A DNA stretch of 64,000 nucleotides from Promethearchaeota archaeon (GCA_019058245.1 JAHPZJ010000023.1:34028-98027); one strand, 5' to 3'. Positions 1 through 10,069 are shown, numbered from the stretch's first letter. The notes: a model not told the origin generated them from the sequence alone. Numbers and translations: made by a program.

Positions 1-65
1 TTTTTGCATTGTTCTCTGTTTATCTCAACCTTAAAATAATTAAGGATTTCATGCACAATTGCCAT
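1..65 (-). CDS. 5' end of a probable ferredoxin-led glutamate synthase FMN-binding subunit (GltB2-like), truncated by the window edge
   Basis: Read by hand: ATG at 65 behind GGAGG (74-78), translating MAIVHEILNYFKVEINREQCK. It overlaps the stop of the GATase gene. The product is inferred from context and the ferredoxin-like start. Confidence 0.55.
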   Translation of the reverse strand, partial: MAIVHEILNYFKVEINREQCK

Positions 66-1260
66 TAACTAAACCTCCTTCATATTTTGATTTTAGTTTC
101 ATCAAAGATGGTTCGAGACCATTTCTGACTAATCCTTTCCCTAACATGGCAATAGTTGCTGTCCCGCTTTTGGGATGCCAAATTTCTTTCATTGAAAAAT
201 TATTATTTGAGGAAGTCAATCGTTTAAATGAGGCTTCTTCACTACTCATGTATATAGTATTTTCATCATCCGAAATTGCTGCAACTAGAGGTCTTAATTT
301 CTTTCTATCAGTTAATCCAATCATTGTAGGAACGGGGTTTGAATACCCAACAACAATGGAAAATGGTCCATTTAACATTGCACTCCTGTATGTTGCTCTT
401 ATTGATTTAAGAATTATTTGATCTTTCTTGTCTAACTTTTCAATCTCATCATATAATGGAGGTGCCAATGCCATAGTTGCAATGGATAATGGTAATTTGT
501 GTTTACGACATAATAAATCGAATAAGTATGCAATGACTTCTGTATCAGTGAAAAGAGTGCATTTATACCCATATGAACTTAAATATCTTTGATTCGTTCC
601 ATAAGAAGTTATTTCTCCATTATGTATAACTGAACAATTTAACAAATTAAAGGGATGAGCACCCCCCCACCATCCAGGAGTATTAGTAGGAAACCTAGAA
701 TGTGCTAACCACATATATGCATTATAACCTGAAATCATGTAAAAATCAGCAATCTCATGAGACCAGCCATTTCCTTTAAATACACCCATATCTTTACCAG
801 ATGACATAACAAATGCATTATTAATATTTGCATTGATTTCCATTACAATCTTTAATATTATTTCATCTGGTTCAAGATTATTGCTTTTTTTAGGATCGAA
901 AAAAGCTCTCCAGATAATTGGGGGATTATCAATATTAGTTGGTGTATTTGTTGGAATAGCTTCTGATGCGATAATTGTACCATTATTTCCTAAATAATGC
1001 AAAGTGTTTGTTTTTGCCGCAATAGTGTCGAAAAGGAAATGAAATGCGTAGTAATCCTTATATTTTGGATAGATACCGTAAGCCGCAAAACCCGCTCCTA
1101 ATCCATTTTCTCTTTCCTTTAGAATACTTATCATATCAATAACTTTATCACCTGAAACTCTACTACCATCAATATTAATAAAACCAGAGATTCCACATCC
1201 ATCAAATACCCTCTGATTTCTGTATTGTTCTGGTAATGATGTATAGTTTTCCCATCTCAT
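49..1260 (-). CDS. Glutamate synthase amidotransferase subunit (archaeal GltB1, class II GATase)
   Basis: Motifs CGISG, ERENGLGAG, HSRFPTNT, HNGEI and DRKKLRP. Start refined to ATG 1260 (MRWENY) behind GGAGGAG. Confidence 0.88.
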   Translation of the reverse strand: MRWENYTSLPEQYRNQRVFDGCGISGFINIDGSRVSGDKVIDMISILKERENGLGAGFAAYGIYPKYKDYYAFHFLFDTIAAKTNTLHYLGNNGTIIASEAIPTNTPTNIDNPPIIWRAFFDPKKSNNLEPDEIILKIVMEINANINNAFVMSSGKDMGVFKGNGWSHEIADFYMISGYNAYMWLAHSRFPTNTPGWWGGAHPFNLLNCSVIHNGEITSYGTNQRYLSSYGYKCTLFTDTEVIAYLFDLLCRKHKLPLSIATMALAPPLYDEIEKLDKKDQIILKSIRATYRSAMLNGPFSIVVGYSNPVPTMIGLTDRKKLRPLVAAISDDENTIYMSSEEASFKRLTSSNNNFSMKEIWHPKSGTATIAMLGKGLVRNGLEPSLMKLKSKYEGGLVNGNCA

Positions 1261-1264
1261 GTTA

Positions 1265-2605
1265 TTACTCCTCCAGTTTGGTATTTTCTCTTTCAATTAT
1301 ATTAAATAGTTCTTTTAAATCTCCAACATCAGGTTTAACGGTTGGCAATCCAACCCTTTTTCTAGCTGTTTTTGAAAGCATTCCTATGATTCCTTTGTCA
1401 TGGAATGTGTTAAATTCATTTTCATATCCTTTAGTAATAAACCCTCTTTCTTTTGCTAAATTTCTTAAAACTGTAAAAATTTTGATTAATCCGACATCAA
1501 ATGGACAAAGCTCAAAACATAAATAACAGTCGAGACACATCCAAATAGCAGGATCCGAAATTACTTCATTTAATTTTCCTTTAAGAATCTTACCTATAAT
1601 CATATTAGGACTAAATTCAGTCATCTTTGAAATGATGCAATCATTATCACATGCCCCACATGAGTAACATTTAATTAAAAAATTTAAATCAAAGAATTTT
1701 TCTATCTCTTTGTTCTTTTCCTGGATAAGATCAATCTTTTCAAAAAATGAATCTACTTGAGTTCTATGATGTTTCTTAATAATATCTTTGATGTCTAAAC
1801 CTAATGCAATACATAATAGTTCAGAATAATATAACACAGGGATGTCATATATAGCATCATTTTTTTTTAATTCCTGTTGCAGATGATCAAATTGCATATA
1901 ACATTGAGGACAACAGACAACAATGCAATCGATATCTTTTTCTTTTATACTGTCTAATTTCGCCTGAATAATTTCTAAAGATAAACTCGTATTTCCGGCT
2001 CTCTCAAGACTGCCTCCACAACAATCCATTTTAAGATCATAATCAATACTCTCAGCACCCAAATCTTCAATCAACTCATCAAAAATTTTTGGTTCTATAG
2101 GATCATCTGTCTGGACTTTATTGCTTGGTCTGAGGAAATGGCATCCATAATGCACCGCAACTCTTAATCCAGTCAAGGGGTATCTTAAATTATCTGCAAT
2201 TGTACTTCTTTTGAACTTATAAATAAATTCAACCAGATGAAATACTTCAGATTGACCCTCTGCTTTAATGTCAATCTTATCTAAGTAATTATTTATTTTC
2301 CTTTTGAAATGGGAATCTGTATTAAGTTCTATTTTTATTTTTTTTAATGTTGTAAAACAACCATTACAAGGTGTTAAAATTGCTTTATTTTCAACCTCGG
2401 CAAGTCCAAGATTGCGAGCAGCGGTAATAGAATATAACAACTTATCACTATTTTTAATCCCATTTGGATCTGGACAACAAGAAAATTTAGGGTTTTCAGC
2501 AAATGGTATTCCGAGATTATCTAACACTTTTCTTATTGAAACTTCAATAAAGGGAAATCTGTTTGCTATCACGCATCCCGGGAATAACATTATTTCTTGC
2601 TGAAT
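1265..2605 (-). CDS. Heterodisulfide reductase B-C fusion (two CCG domains plus C-terminal 2x[4Fe-4S])
   Basis: HdrB motifs FPGC, CCPDP, PCNGC, HYGCH, DCCGG and CCPQC. HdrC motifs CYSCGACDNDC and WMCLDCYLCFELCP. Start is ATG 2590 or ATT 2605. Confidence 0.88.
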   Translation of the reverse strand: MQQEIMLFPGCVIANRFPFIEVSIRKVLDNLGIPFAENPKFSCCPDPNGIKNSDKLLYSITAARNLGLAEVENKAILTPCNGCFTTLKKIKIELNTDSHFKRKINNYLDKIDIKAEGQSEVFHLVEFIYKFKRSTIADNLRYPLTGLRVAVHYGCHFLRPSNKVQTDDPIEPKIFDELIEDLGAESIDYDLKMDCCGGSLERAGNTSLSLEIIQAKLDSIKEKDIDCIVVCCPQCYMQFDHLQQELKKNDAIYDIPVLYYSELLCIALGLDIKDIIKKHHRTQVDSFFEKIDLIQEKNKEIEKFFDLNFLIKCYSCGACDNDCIISKMTEFSPNMIIGKILKGKLNEVISDPAIWMCLDCYLCFELCPFDVGLIKIFTVLRNLAKERGFITKGYENEFNTFHDKGIIGMLSKTARKRVGLPTVKPDVGDLKELFNIIERENTKLEE

Positions 2606-2792
2606 TTTTTTTAAACCTCTTGTATTATTTTAATTTTTTAGAAAAATATAGAGAAAAATTAAGTAAAAAAGCTAAAAATATAACTCAATATTTTTAAATT
2701 AGTATAGTACCATCTTTACTATCGGGTTCTTATACTTTTTATCAATCAATATCATAATTTTTTGCTTTTTTTTCAATTTCATTTTTTTATTT

Positions 2793-2810
2793 ATGGGAAA
2801 AAAATCCCTT
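2793..2810. promoter_or_regulatory. Palindromic operator GGGA-N6-TCCC upstream of the hdr-glt operon
   Basis: ATGGGA-AAAAAA-TCCCTT; the same core occurs at 3850 and 10071. Confidence 0.5.
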
Positions 2811-3301
2811 TTATTTTAATAATATAAAGATAATGTTATTTATAAACTTTAAGGTAAAAATTAAACAAAAAAGTAATGTTTCTAATTTTTATAATATTTT
2901 TTTTTAGATTAAATTTAAAAACCTGAAAATATTTAGGAATAATCCAAAAAAAATGAAAATCTTTTTTTTCCAAAATAACTCATATTAAAACTTATTGTTT
3001 TTTTTTGAACATTATTATAAAAGTTATATTAATATATATTATGAAATTTTAAATAATTAATTTTTTGTTGAAATTTGTATATAAAATAATAGATTTTGTT
3101 TTACAAAATAAAATTTTGTTTATGCTATATTATATCGTAAAGACATACCTGGTTATGGTTATAATATAAACATAAAAAATCCCCATAACAAAGATTTTAA
3201 CCTATTTTTTTGATATGCTTTTTTTCATTGCTGTAAATACAATAATATAATAGTTTGAATTTTATATTTGAGTATAATAAAGAGTACGAATAATCTTCAA
3301 T

Positions 3302-3502
3302 TTATTCAAGGATATAAATTGAAGAGTCAACTTTTTTAGAAATTTGATTATTATTACAGTTCATTTTAGAAGTACAATTCCATTTATATTCTTTCTGTTT
3401 CTCACTAAATATACTTCCAAAACAAATAGTATTATTTTCGCATTGATGGAAAATAAACTTACCATAGGAATACTCATTCCTACAACATGGACATTTTATC
3501 AA
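3302..3502 (-). CDS. Small Cys-rich Zn-ribbon-like protein, short paralog of 10119..10472
   Basis: KCPCC...HQCE...KWNC aligns with KCPVC...CQVCE...KWNC. TTG start behind GAGGT. Confidence 0.6.
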   Translation of the reverse strand: MIKCPCCRNEYSYGKFIFHQCENNTICFGSIFSEKQKEYKWNCTSKMNCNNNQISKKVDSSIYILE

Positions 3503-3550
3503 TTTTTAATTACCTCGTAAGATTTTTATCGTTTTTTCTATTTCATCAAT

Positions 3551-3772
3551 TTAATTTTCTTCAGAAACTTCATATAAACGTGGCTTCGTATTATTATATA
3601 TTTTTAATTTTTCTGGTGTGGTTTCTTGAATTCTCTTTATGATTTTTATCAAACCATTAGAACTATTATACCCCATTGCTGTCGACCATTCTGCTACCGA
3701 TGATCTTCCAAGTTCTCTCAATTTATCTAAGCATATTTGTTCGTATGTTTTAAACGTTTCCTGTGAAGTCAT
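3551..3772 (-). CDS. Small putative winged-helix DNA-binding protein
   Basis: 73 aa with a helix-turn-helix-like pattern (SVAEWSTAMGY...LIKIIKRI) and a wing-like end (KPRLYEV). Confidence 0.55.
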   Translation of the reverse strand: MTSQETFKTYEQICLDKLRELGRSSVAEWSTAMGYNSSNGLIKIIKRIQETTPEKLKIYNNTKPRLYEVSEEN

Positions 3773-3847
3773 ACTTAATATTTCAATTTATTATCTTAGT
3801 TTTTTAATTTTAAACTTACATTCTTTATAGAAATATATCTTATATTA

Positions 3848-3865
3848 ATGGGATGTCTCTCCCAT
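3848..3865. promoter_or_regulatory. Palindromic operator ATGGGA-N6-TCCCAT
   Basis: Perfect 6-bp arms about 75 nt upstream of the wHTH gene. Confidence 0.55.
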
Positions 3866-4222
3866 ATTTAAGTTTTTCTAAACAATATTATAATTTTTTA
3901 GATATTTTATAAAATATATTACAACAAAAACTTTAACCAATGAACGGATCATTAGGAGTCATGGTTTTTAGTAAACAAAGTTTAAATGACTAGAATTTAA
4001 TTAAAATATTTTATCAATTTTGTTGAACAAATTTTAAATTTTCAAATTGGAAATGATTGAATCTAAAGAAATATGATAAACAATAAAAAATCTACTTAAC
4101 TAAAGAAAGTAAAAAAATTATGAAATGAATAATAATTTAATAAAATAGAAATCTTAAATATTATATCCAAAATTTCATATTTCTAATCTAACAAATCAAC
4201 TAAAAATCCAATTAATTAAAAG

Positions 4223-6679
4223 ATGTTTGAAAAAAAAACCCTAATAATTATTATTTATACGATTATTAGTATATGTCTTTTAATATCATCAATGTACTTC
4301 CTATCTTGGTTATATAGTTTAAAAGATCCTACATGGATGATTTCCTGGGGGTATGGAAATAGAGATAATTGGGGTCATGATATTACCGTAGATGCAAATG
4401 ATAACCTATATGTTGTTGGTGATACAGAATCATATGGTGCTGGAGATGAAGATATTATAGTTCTTAAATTTGATGATAAGGGAAATATTTTATGGTCTAC
4501 AACATGGGGTGGTAATAAATTAGATAATGGTTATGCAATCATCTCAGATTCATTTGATAATTATTATATAACTGGAAGAACTCAGAGTTATGGACAAGGA
4601 AATGACGACATTATTCTATTAAAATACAATAAAGATGGTTTTTTGGTTTTTAATAAAACATGGGGAGGAACTAGAAGCGATATTGGGTATGATCTAATAA
4701 TTGATCAGAATGAAAACATATATATCACGGGAGAAACTTGGAAAGCGGGAAATCTTTATGGAGATATCGTATTAATAAAATTTAATAGCACTGGTTCAGA
4801 AGTATGGAATGTAACTTGGGGTGGAGAATATACACAAGAAAGCTATGGAATAGCTCAGGATTCAAATGAGGATATCTATATTGTAGGATATTCTACTGGT
4901 TATTCGGAATTGGGAACAACTGAATTGGTAGTTCTAAAGTATAGTTCATCTGGTAATCTTATTTGGAATTTAACTTGGTCTCCATATTTTGAAACATTTG
5001 GTAGAGATATCGTAATTGATTCAAATGATAATCTGTATATTGTTGGAAATATTCAACAATCAGGTAGTTTATCTCAAGAAGGGGTGGTATTAAAATTAAC
5101 CAAAATGCGAGATATTTTATGGAATAAAACATTCTCAGGAGGAGTTTATGATATTAAAATTACTTCTGATCAATCTATTTATTTACTAGGAGGAAAAAGT
5201 ATGGGTTTTACTAGACGTTCTATTATCTTATATCAGATTGATAATAATGGAAATCAAAAAAATCAATACACACACTATGTAGAATATGGATATTATGCCT
5301 ATGGCGAAAATATTATATTTGACTCCAAAAATAATTTCTATATTATTGGCTATTATCATACTTTAGATAATGGTAAGAATTCATTACTTTTTATTAAAAA
5401 TCCAGCACCTTCTCTTAATTTACCATTGATTATTTCAATTTCAATTGGGATATTAATATTTTTACAAATGCAATTTTCTTACTTTACATTTAGAAAGAAT
5501 ACAAGGATTTTTCTCACATTAGAGAAATTAGATGAATCCATAAGTGCCCCCCTCCCTCCTGAAATTAAGTCTATGACATCTTCGAAGGAAATCTCGTTAC
5601 TTGGAAAGAATTTGGAACATAGTTCCGACAATTTTCAAATTGTTTTCATAAGTGGCATAATACTCCCTATAATTTTTGGTATCATGACTTTTCTTATTAG
5701 TTCATGGAGTATCACAGATATATCTTTAGAGATCTACTTATTTTTTCCACTTTTAATGTTCATATTTATAATTATATCTTTGTATTTTCTAATAAGACCT
5801 TTGAGTATTAAAGAGAGATTTTTGGCAATTACCAACAGAGATGTATTTTATAAAAATTATAACAAACAAAATGTATTTGTTAAATCCCTAAGTATTAGTC
5901 AAATAAAAATAGTGATATTTAAAAAAAAACGATTTAAAAGGGATAAAGATTTGGGTTCAATTCTCTTTATTCCTAATGAAAAGGATAATGAAAGCTTAAA
6001 AATTTTAGTAGAAAAAGTTCCTCAATTTTCTTTAATTCAAAATAAAATCGAATCCATAATATATCATCATAATGATATAGAAGGAAGACTAAATGAATTA
6101 CAAACTAAGCTTAAAGTAATTATTCCACATGAATTGAGAATTTCCAAAGAACTGATAAGAGAATTAATAAGATTTAGCTCTATATATTTGATTGGTGTGA
6201 TTGTAGCAATTACATGTTATATCCTTTTTGGAATATTAACTTTAAATTTAATAGAGAATGAAATTGATTGGATTGATTTGATTATAGAGTTTTTTCTAAT
6301 CATAAGTATATTTTTATTTTTCTTTCTTATACAAATAATTATTAGAATTTTCTATAGTATAAAGTCGATTTTACACCAGAATCGAAAATTAATAATTAGA
6401 GGAAATAATATTGAATGTTGCTCTAGTAAATATTCACTTGTTCTTCCTTTTGATCCGGCATTCTCTATAAATTTTTCTTGGACAAAAAAGCTTTATTCAA
6501 GAAAAGCAAATTGGTTTAATGCAACTCATTTTGTTATAGTTTCCCCAAGTATAAAAAAGAAAATTAGATTTGGTCCAGTTGATAATTTTCCTGAGTATCT
6601 TGAATTTTTATATTGTTATCACTTAACTTGGAAGGCTAAAAATAATTTTCTAATACCAGAGACAGATATTCTAAAATAA
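4223..6679 (+). CDS. Membrane protein with SBBP-type beta-propeller repeats and a multi-TM C-terminal region
   Basis: N-terminal TM helix, about 6-7 repeats of WGG..D.G..I..D...N.YI.G, then several TM segments alternating with soluble beta domains. Confidence 0.8.
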   Translation: MFEKKTLIIIIYTIISICLLISSMYFLSWLYSLKDPTWMISWGYGNRDNWGHDITVDANDNLYVVGDTESYGAGDEDIIVLKFDDKGNILWSTTWGGNKLDNGYAIISDSFDNYYITGRTQSYGQGNDDIILLKYNKDGFLVFNKTWGGTRSDIGYDLIIDQNENIYITGETWKAGNLYGDIVLIKFNSTGSEVWNVTWGGEYTQESYGIAQDSNEDIYIVGYSTGYSELGTTELVVLKYSSSGNLIWNLTWSPYFETFGRDIVIDSNDNLYIVGNIQQSGSLSQEGVVLKLTKMRDILWNKTFSGGVYDIKITSDQSIYLLGGKSMGFTRRSIILYQIDNNGNQKNQYTHYVEYGYYAYGENIIFDSKNNFYIIGYYHTLDNGKNSLLFIKNPAPSLNLPLIISISIGILIFLQMQFSYFTFRKNTRIFLTLEKLDESISAPLPPEIKSMTSSKEISLLGKNLEHSSDNFQIVFISGIILPIIFGIMTFLISSWSITDISLEIYLFFPLLMFIFIIISLYFLIRPLSIKERFLAITNRDVFYKNYNKQNVFVKSLSISQIKIVIFKKKRFKRDKDLGSILFIPNEKDNESLKILVEKVPQFSLIQNKIESIIYHHNDIEGRLNELQTKLKVIIPHELRISKELIRELIRFSSIYLIGVIVAITCYILFGILTLNLIENEIDWIDLIIEFFLIISIFLFFFLIQIIIRIFYSIKSILHQNRKLIIRGNNIECCSSKYSLVLPFDPAFSINFSWTKKLYSRKANWFNATHFVIVSPSIKKKIRFGPVDNFPEYLEFLYCYHLTWKAKNNFLIPETDILK

Positions 6680-6754
6680 AAAGTGGTTGCTGGGTAATGC
6701 TATCGTTTGGGCTGATGGTTTTTTTTAGTCTACTTTTATCTAAGAAAACTAATA

Positions 6755-7252
6755 TTACTTTTTTTCCCTTTCTTTCCCAATCAAATCCACAAAAGAACTG
6801 GATTCTTTAATGGTGTTTAATACAAAATGAGTATTTGTACGCTCTACATTTGGAGATTTATGAATTTGCTTTATCATTTTACTTAATTCCTCTCGCGTTT
6901 TAAACTTTGCTAATATAAGAGCATCATAAGTTCCTGTGATATCGTAAACAGCAAAAACATTAGGATTGTTAGCAATTTCTTCTTCAACTTCGAACATTTT
7001 TCCTTTGGAAATGGTTACTTCAATAATTGCTACAACTTCATATCCTAATCGCTCAAAATTAATCTTGGCACCATAATCTACTATAATACCATTAGTCTCT
7101 AGATTTTCAAGGTGATTTTTAATAGTAACTGGGGATTTATTGCCTAAAGCTTTAGCAATTTGTCGAAGAGAGAATCGACCATCTGTACTTAGTTTTTTCA
7201 GGATCTCAATATCTAAGTCAGATAAATCATAAGTACTCATTCGTTCAGTCAT
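6755..7252 (-). CDS. Lrp/AsnC family transcriptional regulator
   Basis: LSDLDIEIL...DGR HTH and YDITGTYDA RAM motif. Start refined to ATG 7252, about 25 nt downstream of TTTTATATT. Confidence 0.92.
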   Translation of the reverse strand: MTERMSTYDLSDLDIEILKKLSTDGRFSLRQIAKALGNKSPVTIKNHLENLETNGIIVDYGAKINFERLGYEVVAIIEVTISKGKMFEVEEEIANNPNVFAVYDITGTYDALILAKFKTREELSKMIKQIHKSPNVERTNTHFVLNTIKESSSFVDLIGKEREKK

Positions 7253-7292
7253 ATTATTAGTAAGATAATTAATTAATATAAAATTATTCATT

Positions 7293-7329
7293 TGTCCATT
7301 AAATATAAGAAAAAAGACCCATATGATCA
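7293..7329. promoter_or_regulatory. TGTCCA / TGATCA boxes 31 bp apart, upstream of Lrp1
   Basis: TGTCCA at 7293 and TGATCA at 7324. The TATA-to-box context closely matches the Lrp2 upstream region (11393-11425). Confidence 0.5.
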
Positions 7330-7444
7330 TGTTATTGTCTTTATCTTACAAGTCCTTCAATAATGATTTTATTATAATGATTTAAATTTTCTAGATTCTT
7401 GATTTCTATTATCATTTAATTTGTTATATAAGAGAGTATTTTTT

Positions 7445-8147
7445 ATGAAAAATGTATCATATATTAGATTTAACGAGGCGGATATACTTCAAAAAGCAAG
7501 CAACGAAAAGTGGATTGGAAATGGAACTTCAGAAAAGCCTTTTATAATCGAATCTAGCACAGCGTATTACTATATCCCTCCATACTTAAAAATATCTCTC
7601 TATACATTGTAATAAAAAACTGCACATTCGATAAGATCTTTTTATCTAAATGTAAAAATTTCAGGTTTGAGGATGTTCTTTTAACTATTTAGAGTTATCT
7701 AAATGTTCGGAAATTGAAATTAATAATTGTTCCTTTGAAGACAGATTAAAACTTCATAAAATTGCTAATGTGTCTATTCAAGATTCTCTTATACCATCTC
7801 TTTTTCTTTTTGTATGTTATGAAAATCATTTTAATAAATGTACAATTACTGAAATCCGTAATAAATTTAGTAGAGCTAATAAATTTTAAAATAATTCTAC
7901 TCATGTTGATTTATATAATATTTTAAGTGATAATTTGATATCTATTCTTCTTAAAAATTTAGGATTTGTTGGGCTAGGAATCATTTTCTTACTAGGTCTA
8001 ATATTTTTATATTATACTTATTCCGATAGTTTTCCCCATATGAAGACTCTTTTTTTTAGACTTAGTATTATTTTTTTTGTAATCCCTATTATTAATTACC
8101 AAGCTTATAATAAAACGAAAAATTATCCAGATAATCAAATTAGTTAA
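7445..8147 (+). pseudogene. Degraded beta-helix-like repeat membrane protein (paralog of 8294..8938)
   Basis: Starts with GNGTSEKPFIIE and has xCxF repeats. Two frameshifts and a TAA at 7887 where the paralog has GAA. Confidence 0.75.
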
Positions 8148-8237
8148 AAAAGATTAGGATAATTTAAATATATAAATAATTAAACCTCTGTGGCTCTCAA
8201 ATTTAAATATTAATAAACTTATATAATACATGAAATC

Positions 8238-8321
8238 ATGAACCAAATGAATAATGAATTTGTCTTATACAAAGGGGCAAAGATCGAAGTGAAAAATGGA
8301 GTGGAAATGGAACTTCCGTAG
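8238..8321 (+). pseudogene. N-terminal relic of an LRR gene (paralog of 9025), fused out of frame to the next gene
   Basis: MNQMNNEFVLYKGAKIEVKNGV matches MNNSKVEFVLYKGNKIEVRNGV. Confidence 0.75.
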
Positions 8322-8938
8322 ATCCCTTTATCATTGAAACTACTCATTCATTCTCAGATGATTCTGTTATCAGAAACACATATTTACACATATTGGTAAG
8401 GAATTGTGAGTTTGGTTTATTATCTTTAAAAAAATGTAAAAATTTCAGATTTGAGAGTTGTACATTTGAGGTTTTAGGATTATCTAAATGCTCGGAAATG
8501 AATGTTAAGAACTGTTCTTTCAATCATTCAATAGAGATTCGATATGGTCAAAATATACATATTCAGAACTCTCATATACCATTTCTTATCTTTTCCATGA
8601 GTTATGGAAACTATTTTAAAAACTGTACAATTAACAAAATTTTTAATTACTTCAGTAGAGCAAATAAATTTGAAAACATTAATTCACCTGGTAATTTTAG
8701 TATTATTTTAAGAGAAAGTTTGAAAAAATATTATCTAAAATGCCTAGGACTTATTATAGTAGGAGTTATTTCTCTATTATCTGCCATTATAATTTTTTCT
8801 AATAATTATGCGGATTCAGTTGATTGGTTATTAGTAGGAGGTCTAAGCTTAATGACTATTATCACTTTTACAATAACTATCGCTCTTTACCTTGATTCTA
8901 GAAAAATGAATCATCTTTCAGATAATCAAGTTATTTAA
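8294..8938 (+). pseudogene. 5'-truncated beta-helix-like repeat protein with 2 C-terminal TM helices
   Basis: The frame is open from KWSGNGTSVDPFIIE but the native start is missing. The only available start is TTG 8393. Confidence 0.65.
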
Positions 8939-9024
8939 ATAAGATTAGTTATTTTTCAAAAAATATAAAGAATTAAATCTTCTTAACTCTTAAATATAAG
9001 TATGAAAAAAACTTTCACGAAATT

Positions 9025-9747
9025 ATGAATAATAGTAAAGTAGAGTTTGTTTTATACAAAGGAAATAAGATCGAAGTAAGAAATGGAGTATTAGAACTCC
9101 CATATGATATTGAATTTGAAACCTTCGATGAAATTGAAGGGCTTGAAAAAATGACCTCCTTGAAGAAATTGAAATGCAAATCATTTTACCTTAAAAAAAT
9201 AGATAACCTTGAACACCTCCAAAGTCTAGAGTCTTTAATTCTTAAAGAAAGCCCTTGGCTCACTAAAATTGAAAATCTTGGCACCCTTACTAATTTAAAA
9301 CTCCTCAATCTTACTGATAGTCATATTGCTGAAATCGAAAATTTAGAAAACCTTAGAAATTTGGAAGTCTTGATTCTAAGAAAATCATTTTTTAATAATA
9401 CCTACGAAAATTATATTACAGAAATTAAAGGCCTTGAAAATTTAATTAACTTAAAAAACCTCGACCTGTTTGGTAATAAAATCAAAATAATTAAAGGCCT
9501 CAATGCTCTAATCAATCTTAAAATTTTATGTCTTACCTGTAATCAAATTACGGAAATTAAAGGGCTCGAAAATTTAATCAATCTAGAACAATTATATCTT
9601 GAACATAATAAAATTACTAAAATAAAAGGACTTGAGAACTTTGGCAATTTAAAGGTATTAAGAATCCAAGATAACGGTCCTTTTGATGAAGACTCTATTA
9701 GTCGCTTAAAAGATATGAAAAATTCAGGGATTGACGTCTGGTATTGA
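9025..9747 (+). CDS. Leucine-rich repeat protein (SDS22-like)
   Basis: Repeated N.ITEIKGLENL.NL..L.L units. Confidence 0.92.
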   Translation: MNNSKVEFVLYKGNKIEVRNGVLELPYDIEFETFDEIEGLEKMTSLKKLKCKSFYLKKIDNLEHLQSLESLILKESPWLTKIENLGTLTNLKLLNLTDSHIAEIENLENLRNLEVLILRKSFFNNTYENYITEIKGLENLINLKNLDLFGNKIKIIKGLNALINLKILCLTCNQITEIKGLENLINLEQLYLEHNKITKIKGLENFGNLKVLRIQDNGPFDEDSISRLKDMKNSGIDVWY

Positions 9748-10069
9748 GAATATTTTTACTACTCAAGTTAGCGAATATCCGTTTTTAAAAGTATGAGTTA
9801 TTAATTGATCTTTTAATGTATCCTACTTCTGTTAAAAATTTTAGAATTTTTATATTAATTTATGCAGGTGTTCATTATGAAATAAATATATTGACCCATG
9901 TGATCATTTTATATCTCGACAAAAATCATAGGTTAAATCAATTGATCACTTTCTAAGTATAATATATATCAAGCACTAATATTTGTTTCCAATTATGTAA
10001 GCAAATAAGGTAAAAAATGTGAAGGTTTATATATATGTGATCACAATTATATTTATAGAACAAAAAATG

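Noticed and set aside
2917-2934. AAAACCTGAAAATATTTA identical to ~53756-53773
   Set aside because: Mostly A/T and BRE-TATA-like; a chance match is plausible in this composition.
6682-6720. Short GC-richer intergenic patch, possible small RNA
   Set aside because: No tRNA fold, clear C/D boxes or stable hairpin.
7253-7330. N-terminal extension of Lrp1 given in the ORF track
   Set aside because: It covers the TATA and TGTCCA promoter elements and has no counterpart in the paralog.
9800-10045. Several TGATCA hexamers upstream of the Zn-ribbon gene
   Set aside because: They lack the 31-bp phasing seen at the glnA promoters, so I cannot tie them to that regulon.
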